Assembly (NCBI GenBank): GCA_903905065.1
Contig: CAIVEW010000079.1
Coordinates: forward strand, 3,622-67,621
Length of the DNA stretch: 64,000 nucleotides
Source of the DNA: an uncultured Bacteroidota bacterium
GTDB taxonomy: Bacteria > Bacteroidota > Bacteroidia > Chitinophagales > Chitinophagaceae
Direction: 5' to 3'
How positions within the stretch are numbered: position 1 is the first letter of the stretch; every line of letters starts with the position of its first letter. Under the pieces are notes generated by a model, which made no database searches, had not been told where the DNA came from, and worked only from the letters and a program-made list of their open reading frames with translations. Positions 1-9,067 of the stretch are shown piece by piece. The position numbers were made by a program, and so were the translations under genes.

Positions 1-802
1 CAAACAATACATAATTTGCGCCCACGTGCGAAGACTGGAATGGCACTACGCCGCTGTACAGCGACTGTCCGCTTGCGGCGGTATGCCTGATCAGCGAATT
101 CGATAATAATATTTTTCCGGTATTGGCGTCTACGTAAACCAATTGCCTGCTCAGTGGCGCCCGTGCGTAAATATCAAAGCTGTAGGCGAGGTGCAAAGCG
201 CGCTCATCGCGATTCTCGGTGAAGTCTTCGATCCATGTCAGTTGCCCTTTTGGTAAATAAGTGGTATCCGGATTGTGATATCTTGATTTTATGAATTGCT
301 CGGAATTGGCATCTTGCCACATGTACTTTTGCGCTCCGACAAAACCTAGTGCCTTAGCAAAGGCCTGTTGTTCCGAAAGCGACGCCACTACCGAGGCAGA
401 ATTGTCCGTTTTGTAAAAATTGCCTGTCATGAACCGGACAACATTGTCTTTTACGGCAAGGTTATAGCTTGCATAGCTTACTTTAATTCCTTTGAACCAT
501 TGATCATATTTATAGTGAGTCAGTGAGCTTTTGGTTTTAGTTATATTCGCAAAGACCATTTTGTTATCATTGCCGCTAATACCGAGGTATTTACTAAATA
601 AAACCTGCGCATCCTCAGGGCTATACAGGGCCGATTCCGAAAATCTAAGAGACTTGGGTGTGTTATCCCTTTTGTTTTTCAGTACCGCACTCACAGACTT
701 ATCGGTTTTTTGCTGTGCATTAAGCTTTACAAACGGTAAACAGCTTAATACGAAAAAAACCAGCATAGTTTTGCTAATATTTCTGTTCGCAGAAATTGAC
801 AT
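1..802 (-). CDS. M4 (thermolysin-like) zinc metalloprotease precursor, N-terminal part only. It has a signal peptide, an FTP/PepSY-like propeptide and the start of the catalytic domain, and it continues past the window start.
   Basis: This is my own translation of the open-ended minus-strand frame, which is absent from the ORF track. It reads MSISANRNISKTMLVFFVLSCLPFVKLNAQ..., then THYKYDQWFKGIKVSYASYNLAVKDNVVRFMTGNFY (propeptide-like), then ...LVYVDANTGKILLSNSLIRHTAASGQSLYSGVV, which is typical of thermolysin-family precursors. The ATG is at 802-800. Confidence 0.55.
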   Translation of the reverse strand, partial: MSISANRNISKTMLVFFVLSCLPFVKLNAQQKTDKSVSAVLKNKRDNTPKSLRFSESALYSPEDAQVLFSKYLGISGNDNKMVFANITKTKSSLTHYKYDQWFKGIKVSYASYNLAVKDNVVRFMTGNFYKTDNSASVVASLSEQQAFAKALGFVGAQKYMWQDANSEQFIKSRYHNPDTTYLPKGQLTWIEDFTENRDERALHLAYSFDIYARAPLSRQLVYVDANTGKILLSNSLIRHTAASGQSLYSGVVPFQSSHVGANYVLF

Positions 803-952
803 AACAACATTATTTTAGTGTGAAGAAATTACAGGCGCCGAAGGTAGTTAACTTCAAGCGAATATTGATAATTTAACATTTTAGCTAGCTAAACTGCCCG
901 TAAATACCCGAAAAATAATGTTTTGAAGTTTTGCAATTCGCTGATTCGTCCA

Positions 953-960
953 TAACTTTG
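953..960 (+). promoter_or_regulatory. Bacteroidota -7 promoter element (TAACTTTG, consensus TAnnTTTG) for the 980 gene
   Basis: It is an exact match to TAnnTTTG, located 20 nt upstream of the ATG at 980. Confidence 0.45.
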
Positions 961-979
961 CAAAAAAAAATCACACAAA

Positions 980-1213
980 ATGAAAAAAATCATTACTTCC
1001 GTAGTTGCCCTGCTTGTTATGGGTTCTGTAAGCTTCGCTCAGGATGCAAAAAAAACTGAGACAAAAAAAACCAAGAAAACTGAAACCAAAATGGAATCGA
1101 AGGATGGTACTAAAACAACTACCAAAGCTGAGAGCACTAAGATGGAATCAAAAGATGGTGGAAAGAAAACTAAGTCTACAAAAAAGACTACTACTGAAAC
1201 TAAAGCGAAATAA
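980..1213 (+). CDS. Small secreted Lys/Thr-rich repeat protein (hypothetical)
   Basis: The signal peptide is MKKIITSVVALLVMGSVSFAQ. The mature part is low-complexity with internal repeats (TETKKTKK; KMESKDG twice). It has its own promoter motif and a terminator. Confidence 0.6.
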   Translation: MKKIITSVVALLVMGSVSFAQDAKKTETKKTKKTETKMESKDGTKTTTKAESTKMESKDGGKKTKSTKKTTTETKAK

Positions 1214-1238
1214 TTATTTCACTTTGTTGAAAAATAAT

Positions 1239-1260
1239 AAACCCCGGCTTTCCGGGGTTT
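1239..1260. terminator. Bidirectional rho-independent terminator hairpin
   Basis: The sequence AAACCCCGG-CTTT-CCGGGGTTT lies between convergent genes and is flanked by A and T runs. Confidence 0.75.
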
Positions 1261-1288
1261 ATTATTTTAGGTTGGTATTGTTTGTCCA

Positions 1289-1705
1289 CTATTTGAATAT
1301 CAGCAATAAGGTCCCGCCAATTATTAGTAGTGCACCTGTAGCTTCCTGCCAGGTAAGTTTTTCGTGAAGAAAGACTACAGACAGGATAATCGCGATAGCC
1401 ACACTTAGTTTGTCAATGGGTGCAACCCTGGAAACTGCCCCAAGCGATAACGCCCTGAAGTAAAACAGCCACGATAAGCCTGTGGCGCACCCAGATAAAA
1501 TGAGAAAGAGCCAGTTCTGCTTTGTAAGTCCGGGTATCTGGCTTGTAGCTCCCTTTAGCATTACGATTCCCCATGCAATAAGAAGGATAATGACCGTACG
1601 GATAGCTGTTGCGACATCAGAATCAACGCCCTTGATACCCATCTTTGCAAACACAGCAACAAGAGCTGCGAATACTGCCGATAAAAGCGCATATAGCCAC
1701 CACAT
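1289..1705 (-). CDS. EamA-like (DMT superfamily) small transporter, single-EamA-domain type
   Basis: The protein is 138 aa with 4-5 TM segments. It has the typical MWWLYALLSAVFAALVAVFAK... start and ...RVAPIDKLSVAIAIILSVVFLHEKLT. Confidence 0.8.
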   Translation of the reverse strand: MWWLYALLSAVFAALVAVFAKMGIKGVDSDVATAIRTVIILLIAWGIVMLKGATSQIPGLTKQNWLFLILSGCATGLSWLFYFRALSLGAVSRVAPIDKLSVAIAIILSVVFLHEKLTWQEATGALLIIGGTLLLIFK

Positions 1706-1738
1706 ACATATTTGGTTTTAGATGCAATAAAGGTAAAT

Positions 1739-3274
1739 CTACTTCTTTTCTGCCTTCCAGATAAGCTGCTCCAGGTCTTGACGACTGGTAATCATGCTGG
1801 CCCGGTAATCGTAGATCATGTCCCACTTTTTATCAACAGCATTCCATCTTTCAGGTATTGCACTCCACAAAAGCTTTTTATCCTTACTCAAAATAAAGAC
1901 CTTACTATAAACGGTCGACATATTTGCGAACAAAGAATGGTCAGGCAGTTCGGTCACGTTACCGCCGGTCGGGAATTGATGAAAATTCCTAAACGAAGTG
2001 TCCACACCTTCCAGCGTGCACTGGTATTCCCATTTTTTTTTGAGGCTTCCATTCCCGGAGGAAGGTTCTTCCAGTTTTAATATTTCCGGAAGCGATTCCC
2101 CATGTGAACAACTGTTGTTATTATATAAATACAGATAGCCACTTTCGGAGTGCCGCACACTATGCTGACGGCAAAACAGTCCGTTTCCGTTTTCCGTGGC
2201 ATCGGGCCTAAATGTCTCGCCATAGACATTCAATACTTTGCCTTCAGGGTATTTTATTTTTAATATCCTGCTGATGTTCCTGAAACCAACATACAAAACA
2301 CTATCCTTTTCGTCAAAATAAAAAGAATTCTCGTGTACCGTAATATCGGGCCGGGTTGCTTTTCCCTTGTGGTAATAAATATCCGACTTCCTGAAATACT
2401 CAGAGGATTTCCACGACCAAACGATATTCCCTTTCTCGTCGTATTCTATTACCGTGCCAAACGGTATCTTCGGATACCTCATCGCACTGCTGTCACGGCT
2501 TCTGCTGCCCTCATGAAAAATTACAAAACTGCTGTCAAGAGCTGATGGGGGTTTCATGTTCCATTGTTCGTATTCACACCCCAAGATCATATAGTGCCCG
2601 TTTGAGAGCCGTGTAAATTCATGGTGGTACATTTCATTGACGTAGCCGCTTACCTTGCCATTGTTGGGCGCCTTCCACAATACATCTCCGTTATAGTTTA
2701 CTTCGTAGGCATCAAGTTCTTCAAAAAGGAAGGTAATTGTGCCTGCAGGGGATAGTTTCAGGTCACGCAAGATCGGCTTCTCAATATGCGTATTATCCAC
2801 ATCTGGCAGGTACCATACCGCATGCCCGTCGATATCGTAGAGCGCTCTGGTCCCGTCCAGGAATACATAGGCGTCTTTGTAGTTTGTGGCTTTTGTTAGA
2901 ACCCGCAGCCGGGTCGTCGCTGTATCAACATCTTTTATACGGCCGGTACTGAAATGATGCAGCTCATCAACTGCCCCCTTCTTTTCAGTATTTGCCACGC
3001 TCCAGGTGTAAGCTTGTCCAAAAAAAGGCACTTCAGCTATTATTTTCTTATTTTTACAGGGCAATCGTACGGCTATATTTTTTTTAAATGAATCAAAGGA
3101 CGTATAGTTGCCTACAGCTATCTGGAGTTCATAGCTACCCGTCGTTTTTACCGAAGGTAGTGAAAACCCGATGAGACGGTAGTTCAGAATACTGCTTTCT
3201 TTTGGTAACACCTGCGAGAATGCAGGGTGACAGGCAAGAAGAAAAAAAACAGCGATGGACAAAATCTTCCACAT
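1739..3274 (-). CDS. Secreted beta-propeller protein, arylsulfotransferase (ASST)-like
   Basis: Motifs include YNGDVLWKAPNNG, MYHHEFTRLSNGHYMILG, EKGNIVWSWKS and HENSFYFDEKDSVLYVGFRNISRILKIKYPEGKVL. I placed the start at MWKILSIAVFFLLACHPAFSQ (signal peptide) rather than the longer track ORF. Confidence 0.55.
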   Translation of the reverse strand: MWKILSIAVFFLLACHPAFSQVLPKESSILNYRLIGFSLPSVKTTGSYELQIAVGNYTSFDSFKKNIAVRLPCKNKKIIAEVPFFGQAYTWSVANTEKKGAVDELHHFSTGRIKDVDTATTRLRVLTKATNYKDAYVFLDGTRALYDIDGHAVWYLPDVDNTHIEKPILRDLKLSPAGTITFLFEELDAYEVNYNGDVLWKAPNNGKVSGYVNEMYHHEFTRLSNGHYMILGCEYEQWNMKPPSALDSSFVIFHEGSRSRDSSAMRYPKIPFGTVIEYDEKGNIVWSWKSSEYFRKSDIYYHKGKATRPDITVHENSFYFDEKDSVLYVGFRNISRILKIKYPEGKVLNVYGETFRPDATENGNGLFCRQHSVRHSESGYLYLYNNNSCSHGESLPEILKLEEPSSGNGSLKKKWEYQCTLEGVDTSFRNFHQFPTGGNVTELPDHSLFANMSTVYSKVFILSKDKKLLWSAIPERWNAVDKKWDMIYDYRASMITSRQDLEQLIWKAEKK

Positions 3275-4310
3275 GAAAAAGGGATCTTTAGCAATCGGTA
3301 AATATAAAATAAAAATTCTGGGTGGAGTTATTATTTGCTGCAGCGTGGCAATGTTTGCCTGCAATGACAACATAAACAATACAAAGAATAGCCCTGCGCC
3401 TGTCAGAGACTCGGCAGCAGTGTACGTCCCCCCCGATACCAGTACGATTCCACATGACCAGTTTGGAGATATGATACGCTATGGCAGGGAGCTTGTAGTA
3501 AACACAGCACATTATATAGGCCCAAACGGAACGGTAGGGAAATACCTGGGCAATAAAATGAACTGTGCGCATTGCCACGTGGATGGTGGTACACGCCCTT
3601 TTGCGTTTAATTATTTTAGTTCTCATGCCCGCTATCCGCAGTACCGCGGGCGGGAAAATCAAATACTGACACTTCCTCAGCGGGTAAATAACTGTATAGA
3701 ACGCCCGCATAGCGGAACGCCAATGCCGCTTGATAGTAAAGAGATGGTGGCCATAGTATCTTACATTAAATGGCTGGGCACAGGTGTGCCGGTAGGGCAA
3801 CATGTGCACGGTGATGAAAGCCTGGAGATAGAAAAATATCCCGATCATCCCGCCGACCCTGCAAAGGGAGCTGTGGTATTTGCAGAGAATTGCGCTTCGT
3901 GTCATGGTAAGGATGGAGAAGGCCAATGGAATGCCGATTCCTCTACATATACGTATCCGCCACTGTGGGGGAAATTCGCCTTCCAGAAGGGGTCCAGCCC
4001 GTCGCGGGTGGTAAAACTGGCCAGATTCATAGAGGCGAATATGCCCGATAAAAAAGCTACATGGCAAAAGCCGTTTCTCACCGATGAGCAGGCTCTCGAC
4101 GTTGCCGCTTTCATTAATGACGACAGGATACATTCACGGCCACAAAAGAAGGATAAGACCATTCCCGACTATCCTAACCCGGCAACTAAGGCCATCGATT
4201 ATGATACGCCTCCCTACATCGATACTTTTTCCGCAATGCAGCACAAATTTGGCCCTTACCAGCCAATTGTTGATTATCATAAGGCACATAAACTTCCGGT
4301 GATCTGGTAA
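3273..4310 (+). CDS. Di-haem c-type cytochrome lipoprotein, TsdA (thiosulfate dehydrogenase)-like
   Basis: There are two CxxCH haem motifs (CAHCH, CASCH). A conserved Cys lies 39 residues after the first haem His, in RVNNCIERPHSGTPMPLDSKEMVAIVSYIKWL, which resembles the His/Cys-ligated haem of TsdA. PPLWG and FIEANMP motifs are present. The signal is lipoprotein-like (...SVAMFAC). Confidence 0.7.
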   Translation: MKKGSLAIGKYKIKILGGVIICCSVAMFACNDNINNTKNSPAPVRDSAAVYVPPDTSTIPHDQFGDMIRYGRELVVNTAHYIGPNGTVGKYLGNKMNCAHCHVDGGTRPFAFNYFSSHARYPQYRGRENQILTLPQRVNNCIERPHSGTPMPLDSKEMVAIVSYIKWLGTGVPVGQHVHGDESLEIEKYPDHPADPAKGAVVFAENCASCHGKDGEGQWNADSSTYTYPPLWGKFAFQKGSSPSRVVKLARFIEANMPDKKATWQKPFLTDEQALDVAAFINDDRIHSRPQKKDKTIPDYPNPATKAIDYDTPPYIDTFSAMQHKFGPYQPIVDYHKAHKLPVIW

Positions 4311-4360
4311 TTAATTCGATCCGGATTTGAGAATTGCCATACAAAGGAGATGAGTAAAAA

Positions 4361-4388
4361 GACGCCCTTGCCAGGTAGCAAGGGCGTC
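4361..4388. terminator. Bidirectional terminator hairpin between the cytochrome gene and hppA
   Basis: GACGCCCTTGC-CAGGTA-GCAAGGGCGTC is a perfect 11-bp stem. Confidence 0.75.
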
Positions 4389-4466
4389 TCTATTATCAGA
4401 ATTTAATCATTTCGGCGGGCGTTACTTCAAGCAGCCTGTCAACAGAAAATTTAACCAATTTAGTCA

Positions 4467-6710
4467 TTAAGACGGATACACTGCAGCTACTTTCTCGGCC
4501 ACTGGGGGTACCACATAGGTAACCGTCTTCGCTGCCTTTGGTGTTGTGATCGCGTGCGATGCTTTGCCGCTGTGTATTTTTGCAATTGTTGGTGCTATTA
4601 CCAGAGCCACTATGGACATCAACTTGATCAGGATGTTCATTGATGGGCCAGATGTATCTTTGAACGGATCACCAACGGTATCTCCTGTTACTGAAGCCTT
4701 GTGTGGTTCTGATTTTTTGTAGTAGATCTCGCCATTTATTTCCACGCCCTTTTCGAACGATTTTTTAGCGTTGTCCCATGCTCCGCCTGCGTTGTTCTGG
4801 AACATGCCCATCAGCACGCCGCTCACTGTAGCGCCTGCCAGGAAACCTCCCAATACTTCAGGGCCCATTAAAAAGCCTATTGCCAGCGGGGAAATAATAG
4901 TGATTGCACCTGGAAGCACCATTTTCTTCAATGATGCATTGGTAGATATTGCCACACATTTATCATATTCAGGCTTGCCGGTACCTTCCATAATTCCAGG
5001 AATGGTGCGGAACTGGCGGCGTACTTCTTCCACCATTGCCATTGCCGCCTCACCCACTGCGCGGATAGCCAGAGATGAAAAGATAAATGGTATCATGCCG
5101 CCCACAAACAAACCTGCCAATACATCAGCATGATAGATATTGATCGCGTTGTGCAGATCAAAACCATTTTTTTCAACAACGCCTACATAAGCTGCAAATA
5201 AAGCAAGTGATGTAAGCGCAGCCGATGCTATGGCAAAACCTTTTCCTGTAGCCGCTGTCGTATTTCCTACCGCATCGAGTATATCTGTTTTCTCACGTAC
5301 CTCTTTTGGCAGTTCACTCATTTCGGCAATACCACCAGCGTTATCTGCGATTGGGCCGAACGCATCGATAGCAAGTTGCATGGCGGTAGTAGCCATCATG
5401 CCGGCTGCAGCAATTGCTACACCATAAAGACCCGCACAGGCATGAGCACCGTAAATGCCGCCCGCAAGCACTAATATTGGCAAAAAAGTACTTTCCATAC
5501 CTACTGCAAGACCACCTATTATATTGGTAGCGCTACCGGTTGACGACTGGCGGATGATACTCAGCACGGGGCGTTTCCCCATAGCTGTGTAGTATTCTGT
5601 GATCATACTCATCAGTGTACCTACAGCAAGTCCCACCATGATAGCGCCTACAACACCATTCTTCGAGAAATGAATGTCTCTCAGGATCATGTCATCGGGA
5701 AGCAGGTAATTTACCAGGAAATAAGAACAAACTGCAGTAAGCACGATAGACCCCCAGTTACCCATATTCAGCGCATTCTGCACCGCTTTGGTGCTTAACC
5801 CTGCACTTTCGGATATCCGTACGAAGAGGGTGCCTATCATTGATAACACGATTCCCGTTCCCGCGATCAGCATCGGAAGTAATATCGGCGCAAAGCCGTT
5901 AAAATGGTCAACAGAAACGGTTTCCTGTCCAAGTACCATGGTGGCAAGTACTGTAGCTACGTATGAGCCAAACAGGTCCGCACCCATACCGGCAACATCG
6001 CCGACATTATCACCCACATTGTCAGCAATAGTTGCTGGGTTACGGGGATCATCTTCGGGTATGCCGGCTTCTACTTTACCTACGAGATCAGCGCCTACGT
6101 CAGCCGCCTTGGTATAGATACCGCCACCTACACGGGCAAAAAGTGCGATACTTTCCGCTCCCAGCGAAAAGCCTGTCAATACTTCAATAGCGAGCTTTAC
6201 ATTATCGCCATTAGCAACGCTGCTGGCAGCAGTAAACACTTCTGGCGCAAATACCTTCAGCAGGATGATAAACAAACCGCCAAGTCCCAGTACCGCAAGC
6301 CCAGCAACGCCGAGGCCCATGACCGAGCCGCCGCCAAAGGAGACGGCCAGCGCCTTGCTGAGGCTGGTACGGGCGGCATGTGCCGTACGCACATTCGCCT
6401 TGGTAGCGATACGCATACCAATAAATCCGGCGAGCGCGCTGAAAAACGCGCCAATAACAAAAGCAACTGCAATGATCCAGCTGGAACTGCTGTAGCCCAT
6501 AACGGCTAGTAAAAGGCCGGCGATAATTACGAAGTAAGCCAGCACTTTGTACTCTGCTTTAAGGAACGCCATAGCGCCTTCGGCAATGTACTGAGCTATT
6601 TCTTTCATGCGGTCATTGCCGGCGTCTTGCTTAGTAACCCATGCGCTTTTCAGGAATGTGTAAAGCAATGCCAAAATACCAAATGCAGGTACGAGGTAAA
6701 AAAGATTCAT
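4467..6710 (-). CDS. hppA: Membrane-bound ion-translocating pyrophosphatase
   Basis: The protein is 747 aa and polytopic. Signature motifs include [38 protein letters not shown] and [14 protein letters not shown]. Confidence 0.97.
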   Translation of the reverse strand: MNLFYLVPAFGILALLYTFLKSAWVTKQDAGNDRMKEIAQYIAEGAMAFLKAEYKVLAYFVIIAGLLLAVMGYSSSSWIIAVAFVIGAFFSALAGFIGMRIATKANVRTAHAARTSLSKALAVSFGGGSVMGLGVAGLAVLGLGGLFIILLKVFAPEVFTAASSVANGDNVKLAIEVLTGFSLGAESIALFARVGGGIYTKAADVGADLVGKVEAGIPEDDPRNPATIADNVGDNVGDVAGMGADLFGSYVATVLATMVLGQETVSVDHFNGFAPILLPMLIAGTGIVLSMIGTLFVRISESAGLSTKAVQNALNMGNWGSIVLTAVCSYFLVNYLLPDDMILRDIHFSKNGVVGAIMVGLAVGTLMSMITEYYTAMGKRPVLSIIRQSSTGSATNIIGGLAVGMESTFLPILVLAGGIYGAHACAGLYGVAIAAAGMMATTAMQLAIDAFGPIADNAGGIAEMSELPKEVREKTDILDAVGNTTAATGKGFAIASAALTSLALFAAYVGVVEKNGFDLHNAINIYHADVLAGLFVGGMIPFIFSSLAIRAVGEAAMAMVEEVRRQFRTIPGIMEGTGKPEYDKCVAISTNASLKKMVLPGAITIISPLAIGFLMGPEVLGGFLAGATVSGVLMGMFQNNAGGAWDNAKKSFEKGVEINGEIYYKKSEPHKASVTGDTVGDPFKDTSGPSMNILIKLMSIVALVIAPTIAKIHSGKASHAITTPKAAKTVTYVVPPVAEKVAAVYPS

Positions 6711-6743
6711 AATTTATATAATGTTGTTGAAATTTTGAGTGTG

Positions 6744-6751
6744 CAAATATA
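6744..6751 (-). promoter_or_regulatory. -7 promoter element (TATATTTG on the minus strand) for hppA
   Basis: It matches TAnnTTTG and lies ~34 nt upstream of the hppA ATG. Confidence 0.45.
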
Positions 6752-6863
6752 GTCGTTTGTCTGTAAAATCACACAACAAAAATTAAGGTTCCGGTTCGAT
6801 GTGAAATAGGCAGCAGAGCAGCAATAATTATGAGGAATCTCCAAATTAGTGTTTCTTTACTGC

Positions 6864-7505
6864 ATGTTTGGCCGTATTTTCAAAAAATTTATCATAATCG
6901 CTGTCTTACTCCTTATCGGCCTGGTTTGGACAGTAAACTATATTGTCAGTTCCACCACACAAAAGCAACTGTACTATGATGTGGCGTCGATTCCCAAAAA
7001 CAAAGTAGGCTTGCTATTGGGCACGGCAAAATATAATGACAAAGGCCGTAATATTGTAAACCTGTATTATCAAAACCGTATAGACGCGGCAGTGGCGCTA
7101 TATATGGCCGGAAAGATCGACTATATTATAGTAAGCGGAGACAGCAATACTATCTACTACAATGAGCCCGTGCTGATGAAAAATGATCTCATCGCGCGAG
7201 GTGTGCCGGCGAAAAAAATATTTATGGATAATGCCGGGTTCCGCACGCTGGACAGCATTCTCCGTTGCAGAGACATTTTCGGGCAGGAGCAGTTTACGAT
7301 CATTTCGCAGGCGTTTCACGATCAGCGAGCTGTATATATAGCTAACCATAAGGGTATTAAAACCATAGCGTATTGTGCCAACGACGGGGACACAGTTTGG
7401 TTCTCCTACTTGCGGGAAAAATTTGCGCGTGTGAAAATGATCTACGATCTCATAGAGAATACACAGGCCAAATATTATGGAGACAGGGTGGAGATAAAAT
7501 CTTAA
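6864..7505 (+). CDS. sanA: SanA/YdcF (DUF218) family envelope protein
   Basis: The sequence is close to E. coli SanA: GLLLGTAKY...YYQNRIDAAVALYMAGKIDYIIVSGD...YNEPVLMKNDLIARGV...DNAGFRTLDSILRCRDIF. I chose the ATG at 6864 (MFGRIFKKF..., an N-terminal TM segment). Confidence 0.88.
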   Translation: MFGRIFKKFIIIAVLLLIGLVWTVNYIVSSTTQKQLYYDVASIPKNKVGLLLGTAKYNDKGRNIVNLYYQNRIDAAVALYMAGKIDYIIVSGDSNTIYYNEPVLMKNDLIARGVPAKKIFMDNAGFRTLDSILRCRDIFGQEQFTIISQAFHDQRAVYIANHKGIKTIAYCANDGDTVWFSYLREKFARVKMIYDLIENTQAKYYGDRVEIKS

Positions 7506-7615
7506 TTCCCATTAAACCCTTCTGAGAACCGTTGCACAAAAAGCGCGTGAAGCCACCACCTCCAATTACATTAACTCCTGTCCGATCAATGCGAGAAAAG
7601 CTTTGCCGGAAATAT

Positions 7616-8941
7616 TTATTTCTTCCTGATAAATATTCTCACTGGCACACCACTGAAGTTAAAGTGGCTGCGCAACTTATTTTCCAGGAAGTTTTTATAA
7701 GGTTCCTTGATTGCATCTGGGTGGTTGGCAAAAAATGCGAAAGAAGGTACTACGGTCGGCACCTGCTGGCAAAATTTGATCTTTATGGCGTAACCGCGTG
7801 AAAATGGAGGAGGGTACCGTTCTATTTCCTTCAGCATGATTTCGTTAAGAACAGATGTGATTACGCGCCTGTTGCGGTTCTCCGCCACTTCAATTGCTTT
7901 CTCCATCCCCTGGAAGATCCGGGATTTTTCGAGCGCGGAGATAAATATTACAGGCACGTCGGTAAAAGGTTCCAGCTTTTCTTTGATCAGTTTTTCGAAA
8001 TCGCGTGCCGTGTTGGTCTCTTTGTTTTTTACCAGGTCCCATTTGTTTACCAGAATCACCACACCCTTGCCTTTGCGGGTTGCCAGGCTGAAGATGCTTA
8101 CGTCTTGGGCGGTGATGCCGTTTTGGGCGTCAATAAGCAGCATGCAAACATCTGCTTCATCCATAGCCTTTATCGCACGTATTACCGAGTAAAACTCCAG
8201 GTCTTCGTGCACATTCTTTTTCTTCCGGATGCCGGCTGTATCTATGAGTATGAACTCTTTACCAAATAGCTTGTAATGCGTATGTATGGTGTCGCGTGTG
8301 GTGCCTGCTATATCGGATACTATGGTGCGCTCTTCGTTTACCAGGGCATTCAATAATGTTGATTTGCCGGCGTTGGGCTGGCCAATTATGGCAAACTTGG
8401 GCAGTGGGTTACCTTCTTTGTCGGTTTCTATCGCATCCACTTCATCCGTGATGTGCGATACCACTTCGTCAAGTACCTCGCCTGTACCACTGCCTGATAT
8501 AGACGACAGCATAAATGTCTTCTCGATCCCCAGGGAGTAAAACTCTGTGGCATATAATGCGCGCTCCTGGTTGTCTACCTTGTTGACCAGCAATAAAACG
8601 GGCTTGGTCGATTTACGGAGCACGTCCGCCATGTCCTCATCCTGGGCGGTAATGCCGGTAGTAGTATCGCAAACAAAGAGTATAAGGTCTGCTTCGTCTA
8701 TAGCTATCTGCACTTGCTTACGTATCTCCCGCTCGAAAACATCTTCAGAACGCGCCACGAAGCCACCTGTGTCTATTACATTGAATATTTTTCCGTTCCA
8801 GTCTGCGATGCCATACTGGCGGTCGCGGGTTACGCCACTCTGGTCATCTACAATGGCCTTTCGTTGTTCCAGCAAACGATTGAACAGGGTTGATTTTCCC
8901 ACATTTGGCCTTCCGACAATAGCAACTGTAAAACCCGGCAT
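7616..8941 (-). CDS. der: Ribosome-biogenesis GTPase Der (EngA)
   Basis: There are two tandem GTPase domains with P-loops GRPNVGKST and GQPNAGKST, plus a KH-like C-terminus. The start is set at MPGFTVAIVG because a -7 box lies inside the longer track ORF. Confidence 0.95.
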   Translation of the reverse strand: MPGFTVAIVGRPNVGKSTLFNRLLEQRKAIVDDQSGVTRDRQYGIADWNGKIFNVIDTGGFVARSEDVFEREIRKQVQIAIDEADLILFVCDTTTGITAQDEDMADVLRKSTKPVLLLVNKVDNQERALYATEFYSLGIEKTFMLSSISGSGTGEVLDEVVSHITDEVDAIETDKEGNPLPKFAIIGQPNAGKSTLLNALVNEERTIVSDIAGTTRDTIHTHYKLFGKEFILIDTAGIRKKKNVHEDLEFYSVIRAIKAMDEADVCMLLIDAQNGITAQDVSIFSLATRKGKGVVILVNKWDLVKNKETNTARDFEKLIKEKLEPFTDVPVIFISALEKSRIFQGMEKAIEVAENRNRRVITSVLNEIMLKEIERYPPPFSRGYAIKIKFCQQVPTVVPSFAFFANHPDAIKEPYKNFLENKLRSHFNFSGVPVRIFIRKK

Positions 8942-8968
8942 GTTATAAAATATTTTATTTAAGGGATG

Positions 8969-8976
8969 CAAAGGTA
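8969..8976 (-). promoter_or_regulatory. -7 promoter element (TACCTTTG on the minus strand) for der
   Basis: It matches TAnnTTTG and lies 28 nt upstream of the chosen der ATG. Confidence 0.45.
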
Positions 8977-9036
8977 CTTCTAAAAATGCAGCGAAGTGCC
9001 CGTTCCCATAATTAAGATTGTTAAAACGATAATCTT

Positions 9037-9044
9037 TATCTTTG
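9037..9044 (+). promoter_or_regulatory. -7 promoter element (TATCTTTG) for the 9068 gene
   Basis: It matches TAnnTTTG and lies 24 nt upstream of the ATG. Confidence 0.45.
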
Positions 9045-9067
9045 CTACTTAATATAAAATAACGTTG

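Noticed and set aside
531-818. A 95-aa plus-strand ORF at the window start.
   Set aside because: It lies antisense to a much better open-ended minus-strand frame encoding a thermolysin-like protease precursor. Its composition is implausible.
4771-6495. Several plus- and minus-strand ORFs (4771-5133, 5230-5427, 5788-6117, 6257-6472 and 6265-6495) overlapping hppA.
   Set aside because: All lie within the unambiguous pyrophosphatase gene. They have Ala/Pro/Ser-rich shadow-frame composition.
6780-6810. A GGTTCCGGTTCGATG motif resembling a tRNA T-arm in the hppA/sanA spacer.
   Set aside because: I could not fold any acceptor, D or anticodon arms around it. It is a chance similarity.
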